Shown here piece after piece: positions 1 through 9,263 of a stretch of 14,492 nt of DNA. Where the stretch lies: the NCBI RefSeq assembly GCF_006345805.1, contig NW_021825774.1, forward strand, positions 1 through 14,492, read 5' to 3'. The notes under the pieces were generated by a model that did not search any database, was not told the origin of the DNA, and was given only the letters and a program-made list of their open reading frames with translations. The translations under genes and the position numbers were made by a program. Source of the DNA: Octopus sinensis. Taxonomy: Eukaryota. Each line of letters opens with the position of its first letter. The stretch's first letter is position 1.

Positions 1-73
1 CGTGCACTTGTGTATATGTAAGTGTATGTGTCTGTGTGTAAGTATGTGTGTGTATGTGTACATGTATGTGTAT

Positions 74-231
74 AACCGCTTGACAACCGGTGTTGACGTG
101 TTTACGTCCCAGTAACCTTGTAGCTTGGCAAAAATACCGATAGAATAAGTACTAGGATAGATTCGTTCGACTAAAATTCTTCAAGGCAGTACCCTGGTAT
201 GGTTGTGGTCTACTGACCTGAAATAAGTAAA
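74..231 (+). mobile_element. SINE family B, 3' half
   Basis: Homologous by eye to 1549-1723: TGTTTACGT, GGCAAAA, CGATAGAATAAGTAC, CTAAAATTCTTCAAGGC, CTGAAAxAAGTAAA. Preceded by GT/AT-rich sequence (1-73) like the internal array of the full copy. Confidence 0.75.
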
Positions 232-254
232 TACACACACACACACACACGCAC

Positions 255-307
<53 letters not shown>

Positions 308-327
308 ACACACACATATATATATAT
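232..327. repeat. (AC)n then (AT)n microsatellite
   Basis: Directly visible dinucleotide arrays. Confidence 0.95.
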
Positions 328-329
328 TT

Positions 330-604
330 GAAGGTTTAGTCAAACAAAGTACTTATCTTAAGTCTGGTTTTTATTCTGTCTCTTTTGCTGAATTGTTAAG
401 ATAACGGAATGCAAACAAACATACACCGGTGCGGGGACACATACTTTCGCACACTTACATGAGACGCAAATACCCTCCATTAAATTCACTTAAAAAGCAT
501 TGGTCGGTTCGAGGCCAATGGAAGGCACATGGCCAAAGCGATGCGCCGTGAGATTGAACCCGAAACCTCATGGCCGTCAAAGGAACTTCACTACACAGTT
601 AGTC
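330..604 (-). mobile_element. SINE family B, diverged near-full copy with short linker
   Basis: The reverse complement reads CTGTGTAGTGAAGTTCC...GGGTTCAATCTCAC (B-box-like)...CGACCAATGC...GTGAATTT, then about 30 bp of GT-rich linker, then ACCGGTGT...CAGCAAAAGAGACAGAATAA...TTTGACTAAACC. This is collinear with the other B copies. Confidence 0.65.
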
Positions 605-734
605 ATATATAAATACGTGGGTGCGTGTGTGATTGCGGTTGTTATACATAGGTGATATATGCATACACACACACACACACACACACGCATATATATAAAC
701 ATCTAAGCAAATATTTGTATGTTTGTATATGTAA

Positions 735-805
735 ACATGTCTAATTTTAATATACAGGTAGATGTATACATGTCTAATTTTAATATACAGGTAGATGTAT
801 ACATG
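735..805 (+). repeat. Perfect 33-bp tandem duplication
   Basis: ACATGTCTAATTTTAATATACAGGTAGATGTAT at 735-767 and 768-800, plus partial ACATG at 801-805. Confidence 0.95.
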
Positions 806-947
806 CATAGGCGTGGCTAGATGGTAGGAAGTTTGCTTCCAGGTTCAGTCCCACTGCGTGTCACCTTGAGAAAGCGTCTTTTATAACCTCGTGCTGACCA
901 AAACCTGTGAGTGGATTTGATAGACGGAAACTGAAGCAAGCCCGTCC
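805..947 (+). mobile_element. SINE family B, tRNA-like head and 5' half
   Basis: A-box-like GTGGCTAGATGGTAGG and B-box-like GGTTCAGTCCC, then CACCTTGAGAAAG and GTGAGTGGATTTGATAGACGGAAACTGAAGCAAGCCCGT, matching 1164-1295. Followed by (CA)n. Confidence 0.75.
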
Positions 948-980
948 TACACACACACACACAAGCAACATAAGCACACA

Positions 981-1155
981 TATTCTCTTATATTCATTGA
1001 CTTTCTTAAGTCATTGGACTGCCGCAGCCATGTTGTGGTATCAGTTAGGAGGGTTTAGTTGAATAAATCAGCTCCACAACTTATTTTATCTAAGGTCCTT
1101 TGTTTTAGGGTTCTCTTTTTGCCCAACTAATAAGTTATGAGTACATAAACCAACC
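981..1155 (-). mobile_element. SINE family B, diverged 3' half (inverted)
   Basis: The reverse complement gives TTTATGTACTCATAACTTA...GGGCAAAAAGAG...TTCAACTAAACC...CATGGCTGCGGCAGTCCAATGACT, homologous to 1549-1723. Confidence 0.6.
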
Positions 1156-1163
1156 TTCATGTA

Positions 1164-1296
1164 CCTCCGCAATTACATGATTCCGGGTTCAGTTCCATTG
1201 TGTGGAACTCTGGGCAAGTGTCTTCTACTGTTGCTTCGGTTCGACTAAAGCATTGTGAGTGAATCTGGCAGACGGAAACTGAAAGAAGCCCGTGGT

Positions 1297-1344
<48 letters not shown>

Positions 1345-1723
1345 TGTATATATATATATATATATATCATATATATGTATGTGTATATATATCTATATAT
1401 ATATATATATATATATATAGATATATATATATATATATATGTATGTGTATATATTATATATATATAATATATATATATATATATAATATGTGTGTGTGTG
1501 TGTGTGCGCATATGGTGTGTTGCGTTGGTGTGTGTCTGTGTGTGTGTTTCCTACTACCGCTGGATGTGTTTACGTTCTCGGGGACTAGCGGTTCGGCAAA
1601 AGAATCGATAGAATAAGTACCAGGAATAAAAAAATTAATATTGGGGTCGATTCATTTAACTAAAAATTCTTCAAGGCGGTACCCCAGTATGGCTGCAGCT
1701 TAATGACTGAAACAAGTAAAAGA
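1164..1723 (+). mobile_element. SINE family B, near-full copy with about 250-bp internal microsatellite
   Basis: Head and 5' half at 1164-1295 (CCGGGTTCAGTTCC, TGGGCAAGTGTCTTCTAC, GACGGAAACTGAAAGAAGCCCGT), internal (CA)/(AT)/(GT) array at 1296-1548, 3' half at 1549-1723 ending GAAACAAGTAAAAGA. Confidence 0.75.
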
Positions 1724-1773
1724 CAGTAGACGAATATACGTGTTTACACGTTTATTATTATACTCGTTGCACA

Positions 1774-1981
1774 GGCGTTGAACTGGTAGAATTGCTGGTA
1801 GAATTTTCTGTTGGGGGTGCTTTACGTCCTAAGTTCAAATTCTGCTAGGGTCGATTTTCCCTTTCATGCTTTTGGGATCGAAAAAATAAGTACCAATTGA
1901 TTACACTGAGGCCGATGTAATCAACTAGCTCTCTCTCCCAAAATTTCAGGCTTCGTAACCTTAGTGAAAAAAAAAAAAAAA
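1774..1981 (+). mobile_element. SINE family A, diverged copy with poly(A)15 tail
   Basis: Matches 12116-12280 and 14350-14492 (AGTTCAAATTC, GGTCGAT/CTTTxCCTTTCAT, AAATAAGTACCA, CGATGTAATC). 12-bp internal duplication at 1783-1805; A15 at 1967-1981. Confidence 0.7.
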
Positions 1982-2099
1982 TTACACACTGTGTAACCAC
2001 TAGCGAGCGGGCAAGCTATATATGTAGTTGCGTTTTCTAAGTAATAACACCGATACTAAAAGCTATGTCTAAAAGTTTTGTGTCTTTTTTTGCTTCTCA

Positions 2100-2332
<233 letters not shown>

Positions 2333-2336
2333 CCGA

Positions 2337-2500
2337 AAAATCCCGACACATCTTTTCTCTCCTTTTTTTCTTCTCTATTTTTCCCCTAAAATCCCTTTCT
2401 ATCGAAGAGCGTAGGCTCGAAAAACGTCAATGACTTTCCATTCTTCACGACCGTCAAACTAGCATACCTGTTTGTTGCTCACTCACCTGTCTCTGTCTTA
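2337..2500 (+). mobile_element. Probable Penelope-like terminal-repeat fragment with degenerate type I hammerhead motif (2395-2432)
   Basis: CTTT-CTATCGA-A-GAGC-GTAG-GCTC-GAAAAA-CGTC-AATG follows minimal hammerhead order, and the fragment abuts a (TA)n array. The family call rests on the known PLE-hammerhead association plus recall. Confidence 0.45.
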
Positions 2501-2540
2501 TGTTCTCAGTACATTTGAGTCACACAGACACACAGACACA

Positions 2541-2589
2541 AATATATATATAATAGACGTATATACATATATAATGTACATATAAATAC

Positions 2590-2645
<56 letters not shown>

Positions 2646-2785
2646 TGTGTGTGTGTGTACATATACATCCATGCTATGCATTTATATGTATGCATCTGTG
2701 TGTGAGCGTATGTGTTTCTGTATGTACAAATACATATATATTCATGTATATAAATATATGTATATGCATTATTATATATATACAT
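2541..2785. repeat. Degenerate (AT)/(GT) low-complexity tract
   Basis: Directly visible. Confidence 0.9.
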
Positions 2786-3010
2786 ATTGAGTTAGTTGTT
2801 TGAATGCGTTAGGGCAGTCAAATTCTTCGAGAGTGTAAAATCTTCTCGTTCTGTGGGAAAAGCACGCCACGCGGTTCGTCGCGGAAAAATATGGAGTCGC
2901 CTTAAAAGCAATAACGCTTCATCTTGTAAACCATATATCTAACCCATCCATGAGCGGTTAGGCTGGAAACTGCTTTTAACACACAGGCATAGACATATAT
3001 GTATGCTTGA

Positions 3011-3039
3011 ATATGTATGTATGTATGTGTGTATATATG

Positions 3040-3071
<32 letters not shown>

Positions 3072-3159
3072 TGTATGTATGTATGTATGTATGTATGTAT
3101 GTATGTATGTATATGTATGTATATGTATTTGTACACACACACACACACACACACACATA
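3011..3159. repeat. (ATGT)n followed by (AC)n
   Basis: Directly visible; encodes the spurious HTYI/MYVC repeats. Confidence 0.95.
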
Positions 3160-3161
3160 TA

Positions 3162-4451
3162 CGAGGGGCGTTCAATAAGTAATGTCCCTGACCCACTTCC
3201 CATAGCAGTAGAGCAACGAAACTTGGCACAGTTATTAGTCTTTTTCTACATAGAAACCATCCAGAGTTACGCATTTCTCCCATTGCTTGATGCAGCTCTG
3301 GGACCGTTTTTGTAGAAGACCCCAGCTTGGTCATCCAACCACGACGTGACTTCAGAAATCAAGGCTGCATCATCTGGGAAACGCTTTCCTTTCAAAAACA
3401 ACTTCATGGCTGGGAAGAGGTGAAATTCAGAGGGTGCAAGGTCAGGATAGTAGGGGGATGGGGGAGGAGTTCATAGCCGCACGCCTGTGCTTCTGATCTG
3501 GCGACACGCAAGTTGTAGACCGGAGCGTTGTCCTGCAGGAGGAGGATACCTTTGCTGATCTTGCCCCGCCTCTTGATTTTGATAGCTTCTCTTAATTTCC
3601 TCAAAAGTGAAGCATAATAGGCTCCTGTAATTGTGGTACCCTTTGCCAGGAAAGCTGTCATCACTATTCCGTTCTGGTCCCAGAAGACTGTAAGCATGAC
3701 CTTGCCAGCGGAGGGCTGCACCCTTGCCTTCTTTGGAGGAGGTGAGTCACGGTGCTTCCACTGCATTGACTGGGCTTTGGTCTCTGGATCATAGTGATGG
3801 ACCCAGGCTTCATCCTGTGTAATCAGTCTTTTGAAAAATTTTGACTCATCTTCTTGGCACATCTCCAAATTCATCCTCGAGCACTCGACTCGTTCTTGCT
3901 TCTGGAAAGGTGTGAGCAACCTGGGAATCCATCTGGCAGACACCTTTTGCATATGCAAATGGTCATGAATGATAGTTTCCACAGACCCGGTACTAATCTT
4001 GACCTCATGGGCTATTTGGCAAATAGTTATGCGTTGATCTTCTAAAATGGCAGCCTCAACTTGACGGACAGATGCCTCATCAATGGCAGAAGGGGGGCGA
4101 CCAGATCTGGGAGCTGTTTCCACAGAGTTCCGACCATGTTTGAATTCATGATGCGAGCGTTTTACAAGGTCATATGATGGGGCATCATCACCATAAGTTA
4201 CTTTCATTTCATCAAAAGTCTCCGTGGTGTGCATCCTTTCAAATACAAAAACCGGATCACTGCTCGACACTCAACAGGATCCATTTCACACTTGACTCAG
4301 TTCAAACACCTGTAAATCAGAAACCACAATTAGTTCAGAGCTGTAATTTGCCACTTCATCTATAGACATATAAATAATTACACATGGAAAATTTCAGCTA
4401 GATCAAACAATTGCAAGTGGGTCAGAGGCATTACTTATTGAACGTCCCTCG
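3162..4451 (-). mobile_element. Full-length mariner (Tc1/mariner superfamily) DNA transposon, 1290 bp, non-autonomous
   Basis: TIRs at 3162-3198 and 4415-4451 match at 34 of 37 positions (CGAGGGRCGTTCAATAAGTAATG...TGACCCACTT). TA flanks both ends (3160-3161, 4452-4453). Internal transposase present. The CGAGGG TIR start resembles irritans-subfamily elements (inference). Confidence 0.95.
3235..4284 (-). pseudogene. Mariner transposase pseudogene, about 350 aa when reconstructed
   Basis: The true ATG is at 4284 (MDPVECRAVIRFLYLKG), not the GTG at 4270. Motifs: GRP, WIPRLL, ITQDEAW, QDNAP, and PxYYPDLAPSEF after a frameshift; C-terminus QWEKCVTLDGFYVEKD-stop at 3235. Three 1-bp deletions lie near 4222, 3455 and 3301; 1050 nt plus 3 equals 351 codons. 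Confidence 0.92.
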
Positions 4452-4602
4452 TATATATATGTATATTTATAGGGTAACAATTTACCATACATATATCTAT
4501 TAATCTTTTACAAACATAAAGACACACGCACGTATGTAGGTATATCTGTGAATATCTATGTATATCTATGTATATATATATGTGTGTGTGTATGCGTGTG
4601 TT

Positions 4603-4650
<48 letters not shown>

Positions 4651-4656
4651 AGAGAG
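4452..4656. repeat. (AT), (GT) and (GA)n microsatellite cluster
   Basis: Directly visible; (GA)n at about 4616-4645. Confidence 0.85.
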
Positions 4657-5456
4657 GGATAAACAAAACCTTTAAAAAGTTCATAAAATAAGACACAAAC
4701 TGTATTACATCTAAACACATTCTCATAGAATATATTACATTAATACTAGAATGAAGACACTGGCTGTTAACATGAAACCATAGACAGTTCTAATGTATTA
4801 TAGAAAATTCAGTGTAAACATTAAGCTTATAAACTTCCTTGCTCATTCTATCACATCGACGCATAAGTACGATACTTTCTCGTTGAATAACCATGCAACT
4901 CATTGTAATGCAATTCACAAAATAAACTTGAATAGAAACCACTAGTTGTCAACATTACAGTTTTATATAGAATTCCTTAAAAAAGTGAGGAATAACCGTA
5001 GAATATATATTAATAGCGAAATAGAAACCTAAATTATACTCACAGATATATCACACATAAAAATATGTCAGGATCCCATAAAATCTACCAGGATTTACCG
5101 GTATCTCATTTGGAATTCTGTTCCGAACATTTTATCAGCTATAAATTTGTTCCCAAGACCATTTACGACTTACTGGAGGAGGCGTGGACAACATGCTGTT
5201 ACGGAAGTTTAATTTAAATATGAGATTATAAAGGTTTCAAAACGTTTGTTTAATGGATTCGGAAACATTATTGCTCCTAATATAAACGACATAAGAAAAT
5301 ACAGAAAAAAAATTTCATAATAAAAATATTACATTTGAGGATAACCTCTTTTTAAATATATTATGAAAAGAAAAGCTGCTACCTATCTACACATACGCAT
5401 ACACACACAGTCACATACACGGACATACTATATATATCTATACACACACACATATG

Positions 5457-5505
<49 letters not shown>

Positions 5506-5506
<1 letters not shown>

Positions 5507-5587
5507 CCGGAGTAAACACATAAATGAACGGCAACGGGAAACTCAGAGTAACAGATTTTGTTGAATGTTCTGCTGCTTTAAATAAAG
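5506..5587 (+). mobile_element. 82-bp insert in (TA)n carrying the 3' part of a type I hammerhead-like motif (5526-5554); probable PLE terminal fragment
   Basis: GA-A-CG-GCAA-CG-G-GAAA-CTC-A-GAG-T-A-ACAG: short stem II with a GNRA loop, GAAA core, self-complementary ACTC-A-GAGT stem III and a GUA triplet. The 5' CUGAN core and stem I partner are missing. Flanked by (TA)n on both sides. Confidence 0.45.
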
Positions 5588-5631
<44 letters not shown>

Positions 5632-5789
5632 CATACATATACAATATATTGTGTGACAAATGAGCGACAGCAATTACTACGCGAAGTAGCCGCTATAATG
5701 GTGCCATATTACATATAATTTTTCATGACAAATATGGTTACCTGATGATAGTAGGCTGTAATATTTCTACGGGCAATAGGGGTTATAAA

Positions 5790-6600
5790 ATTTGCGATTG
5801 AACGTGTGCAACTAGGCCTGAGTTCTTAGTTATCATCTACTAATGACTTGAAGTTCATTAACAGTGTGCATCTCTGTTGACAGCAATAGGACAGAAAATG
5901 TTATGTTATTTTTCACGCGGGTAGAATTATCATTTACGGAATCAGATGAGTAAGAAGGAGTTCCTTTCAAGGATCTCCATGAGATCATATGGAAGTAGTT
6001 TCCATGGTTTCGGAGCCTGTGGGACAAGGAAAATGATGTTTACCTTCTCACTACAACTGAAGAATTGAACGTGTTACCTTAATCTTCCCTTACAATATTT
6101 GCAGTCATGCCTGTGCAATGGCTTAAGATGCTTATCGGATTGCTTGAGGGTGGCTCTATAGACAACAACCTCTCAGAGACAGGAAACTCCCAGTAAGCAA
6201 GTTTGCAGGATTTAGTCAGTGACCGGTTACCATGTCTGGTAAATACTCTTTGATTGCTAGTTTATTTCAGTTGTGTACAATGTCAAAAGGAATATTATCT
6301 AAACATGAGTAGATGACCTTGGTGTTAAAGAGTTTATGATGTTTATGTGTTCTTTGATAATTCTCTCTAATAAGAGTCAGGATGCTTCTAGCTATTTGCA
6401 GAAACATCTAGATTGCATAGGAGATTAAACCAGATTAGCCTTCGCTTTCTGACGCTCTTAACTTATCGGTAAAGCCACTCCTCGCTAGTGCGCCGTTGTA
6501 GTGGGGTACGACTCTTTTGAAGACCTCTCTGTCTGGTGATTCTTCTGCTGATACCTGTAACCAGGTTTCTAATTACAATGAATGGACGTTTCGGTTGTCT
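5790..6600 (-). pseudogene. Decayed Penelope-like element ORF: RT-distal linker and GIY-YIG endonuclease region
   Basis: Collinear motifs across stops and frameshifts: IRNLVTGISRRI (6538-6573), EVFKRVVPHYNGALARSGFTDKL (6459-6527), KRRLIWFN (6424-6447), HKLFNTKVIYSCLDNI (6291-6338), LRGCCL (6159-6176), GMTAN (6097-6111), ISWRSLKGTPSYSS (5944-5985). These parallel the PLE consensus ...IIWFNPP...KIFN...SYSC...CPL.G.CL...YIG.T...I.W.IL...SY. Confidence 0.75.
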
Positions 6601-7139
6601 ATCAATACAAATGTCTGTATGACTATTTAGTAGAGAAATCTCTTATAAGAAGCTGATTTATTTTCTTTTTGAAAATAATTGAAACGAATCATCTGAAAGC
6701 TTCTTCTATTAAATATTTTCCCCACCAACACTCTGTGCACAGGTTTTGATTGTAATTCATTATTTGTTGTTAAAAGGCATCCATTTGCGTGTGTGTGTAT
6801 ATATATGCACGCGCATGCGTATATATATATCCATATAGGTATGCATTCACACACACACACACAATTTTGCTTTGATTTGGTCATTGATAATTATCCAATA
6901 TTTACGTAAATCATATGACTTTACCGTAGCGTTTTTCTCTTGCGTGGCTTCAACTCGGGTATATACTTAATCCTATCCTTCAACCCACTGGCAACTAGAA
7001 CATCATTCTAGTACGGGATTGTATTGTTGAAAGTCTCCTTATTCGAAGACAATATATGGATTCTTTGGTAAGCTCCTTGACCGGGTTACTGAAAACTGTG
7101 GTTGGTTGACAGAAACCTGTATATGTCAGCCTCTCATTT

Positions 7140-7350
7140 GGTTACTGAAAGAGTTTATAGAACCCTAATCCCAGTAAGAGAAAGCGCCACTTTAAAGTTT
7201 ATACTCCCATTTTTCCTGAAATTAAAAACTTGTGTAGGTAGGATCTTCAGTTTGGTCGATAAACATTTTCCCCAAAACATTTAGGTACAGGAAAATATTT
7301 ATAAACATACTTTGTGGGTCGTTTTTTACTGTGCTCTAAGCACAAAGAAA
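7140..7350 (+). pseudogene. Second decayed Penelope-like ORF fragment
   Basis: SKRKRH (about 7173-7190), KTCVGRIFSLVDKHFPQN (7225-7278), YRKIF (7286-7300) and KHTLWVVFYC match the PLE block RKR..WFNPPF...KTN.G..FL.L.DKHFP...KIFN..T.K.SYSC. Confidence 0.6.
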
Positions 7351-7604
7351 ATATCGAGTTGGCCAAAACCGGAAACAAAGTTTTTCTCTCTGGGCGAATT
7401 TTTGTCCGGGGTGACTTTGTTGTGGTTATTTTACAATGTCTGTAAGATTCGCAGCCCAGATGTGAAACTTTCACACTCCCAGTAGTATAGAACCCATGGC
7501 ATACTCTTTCGTACTGTAGTTGATAGGAAAATATAGTGTTGCATTAACAATTAAATGAGTACTTTATTTTCTGGCTCATGGAATTTTTTGTGTAACTATG
7601 TACA

Positions 7605-7605
<1 letters not shown>

Positions 7606-7647
<42 letters not shown>
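7606..7647. repeat. (AC)n microsatellite
   Basis: Directly visible. Confidence 0.95.
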
Positions 7648-7649
<2 letters not shown>

Positions 7650-8934
7650 AGGTTGTGCTTTGGGGAGGGTTATGTAAGGAAAGGCTAGATTGTAATGGTG
7701 AGGAGTGATACGATATGTAATAAAGATAAAACCAGATGTTGTTATTTTGAATGTATTTTATACATGTGTTTAGAGTTATTATGTAAGCAAAATTTCTTAA
7801 TACGTTTTTTTTGTCAAAACGTTCCTTGGTATAAATGCAGAGTTTAAGTATGTCACAGAGTACATGAAAAAATAAAACAAAACACGAGAGATTATCATCT
7901 TAGATATTTAGTTGCACACTCTTACGTATATTTCATCGACACAAAATGATTATTAGTTACATAATGTAAAAAGTATTGTCAAATCTTCACGATGGTTCCC
8001 CCTGTTAAGAGTTCAACAATTCAGAAATGTTACTTATAAAGGTTACACGTCTCTGAAGATTTGACAAGATATTTCATATATGTGATGTACATTATGTAAC
8101 TAATAATAATTATGTTTATAAATGAAAAGCACGTAAGATGATGTAATAAAGTATCTTAGGAAAAATCTCTAACGTTTTGTTTTATTTTCTATATATATGT
8201 ACGTGTCTGTCTGACTGGTTATCTATCTGTCTGTCTGTCTGTCTGTATGTATGTGTATGTGGATGTGTTTACGTTTAAGGAGTTTAGAAACAGTGAAACT
8301 CATCATAAATAAAGCGATAAATAACATCATGTAGAATAATGATTTAACAACACCCTTGGATGAATAAAAAGGAAAGACAGCCTTCAACCTTTTCCCATCT
8401 ATCGGTTTTTAAAACCCAATATTCTACTATTTATAAATACATCGAGTTTCGCCGCTAAAAATTATTTACGTCACATCTCTCAAAGTTTCTGAGCTTCCAA
8501 TTCTCACTGGTAAGAACAAAACTTTTTAAATGGATGAAGAAAATTGGTGTAACGGTTAGAACATCTGTTATGTTTAAACATGTTGGTTCGTATCACACGG
8601 TTGCTTTCGATTATTTTTCCATAGAAGGTTTTTTTTTTTAAACTTAGTATTGTACTTACTGTTGATTGTAGCTTTATCTTCTTACTTAAAAATAATTTAC
8701 TTCATACAAAACTTTTTATGCCGGCATTCACAAAAAAGAACCATGCAGATAAAAAATAATGCTGGACACATTTAAAAAAAAAACAATAATTCGAAAACAC
8801 CAATTTTCTAGTCAAAATAGAGATGATATCTGACAATATTTTCAAACATGGAAAATCGTTTGGAGGAACTGAAACAATTGAAAAGAATACAACAGACTGA
8901 TGGAGATTTCCAAATATTTAATTAGTCAATAATA

Positions 8935-9263
8935 AAAAGGAGCACTCCGTCGGTTACGACGACGAGGGTCCCAGCTGATACGATCAACGGATCAGCTTGC
9001 TCGTGAAATTAATGTGCAAGTGGCTGAGCCCTCCATTGACACGTGTACCCCTAACGTAGTTCTCAGGGAGATTCAGTGTGACAAAGATTGTGACAAGGCC
9101 GGCCCTTTGAAATACAGGTACAACTCATTTTTGCCAGCTGAGTGGACTGGAGCAACGTGAAATAAAGTGTCTTGCTCGAGGACACAACGCGTCGCCGGGA
9201 ATCGAACTGACGACCTTACAATCGTGAGCCGAAAGCCCTAACCCTTACGCCACGCGTCTTCAC
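8935..9263 (-). mobile_element. SINE family C, complete 329-bp tRNA-derived copy with 12-bp TSD
   Basis: A box TGGCGTAAGGGTTAG (9238-9252) and B box GTTCGATTCCC (9197-9207) on the minus strand; central GTGTCCTCGAGCAAGACAC...CCACTCAGCTG. TSD TAGTCAATAATA at 8923-8934 and 9264-9275. Confidence 0.9.

Noticed and set aside
2855-2905. Small CpG-rich patch ending AAAATATGGAGTCGCC, a possible promoter or start exon
   Set aside because: ATG GAG TCG CCT TAA stops at once, there is no convincing splice donor, and the patch is too short to call. CAGE or ATAC data would decide.
3404-4270. 288-aa ORF as an intact transposase
   Set aside because: It starts at an out-of-frame GTG and leaves the true frame before the third catalytic residue; it is the middle segment of a pseudogene.
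3854-4365. Plus-strand ORFs inside the mariner
   Set aside because: Short antisense by-products of the transposase sequence with no recognisable motifs.
5742-5775. CTGATGA motifs here and at 10408 as hammerhead cores
   Set aside because: Neither is followed by a stem II and GAAA; the 10408 instance is RTE coding sequence (TDDR).
8848-8925. Short ORF MENRLEELKQLKRIQQTDGDFQIFN
   Set aside because: Only 25 codons, with no supporting splice context or recognised homology.
9197-9263. tRNA genes at SINE heads (also 805, 12116, 13680, 14350)
   Set aside because: A and B boxes are present, but I could not form a cloverleaf or acceptor stem, and each runs into a SINE body.
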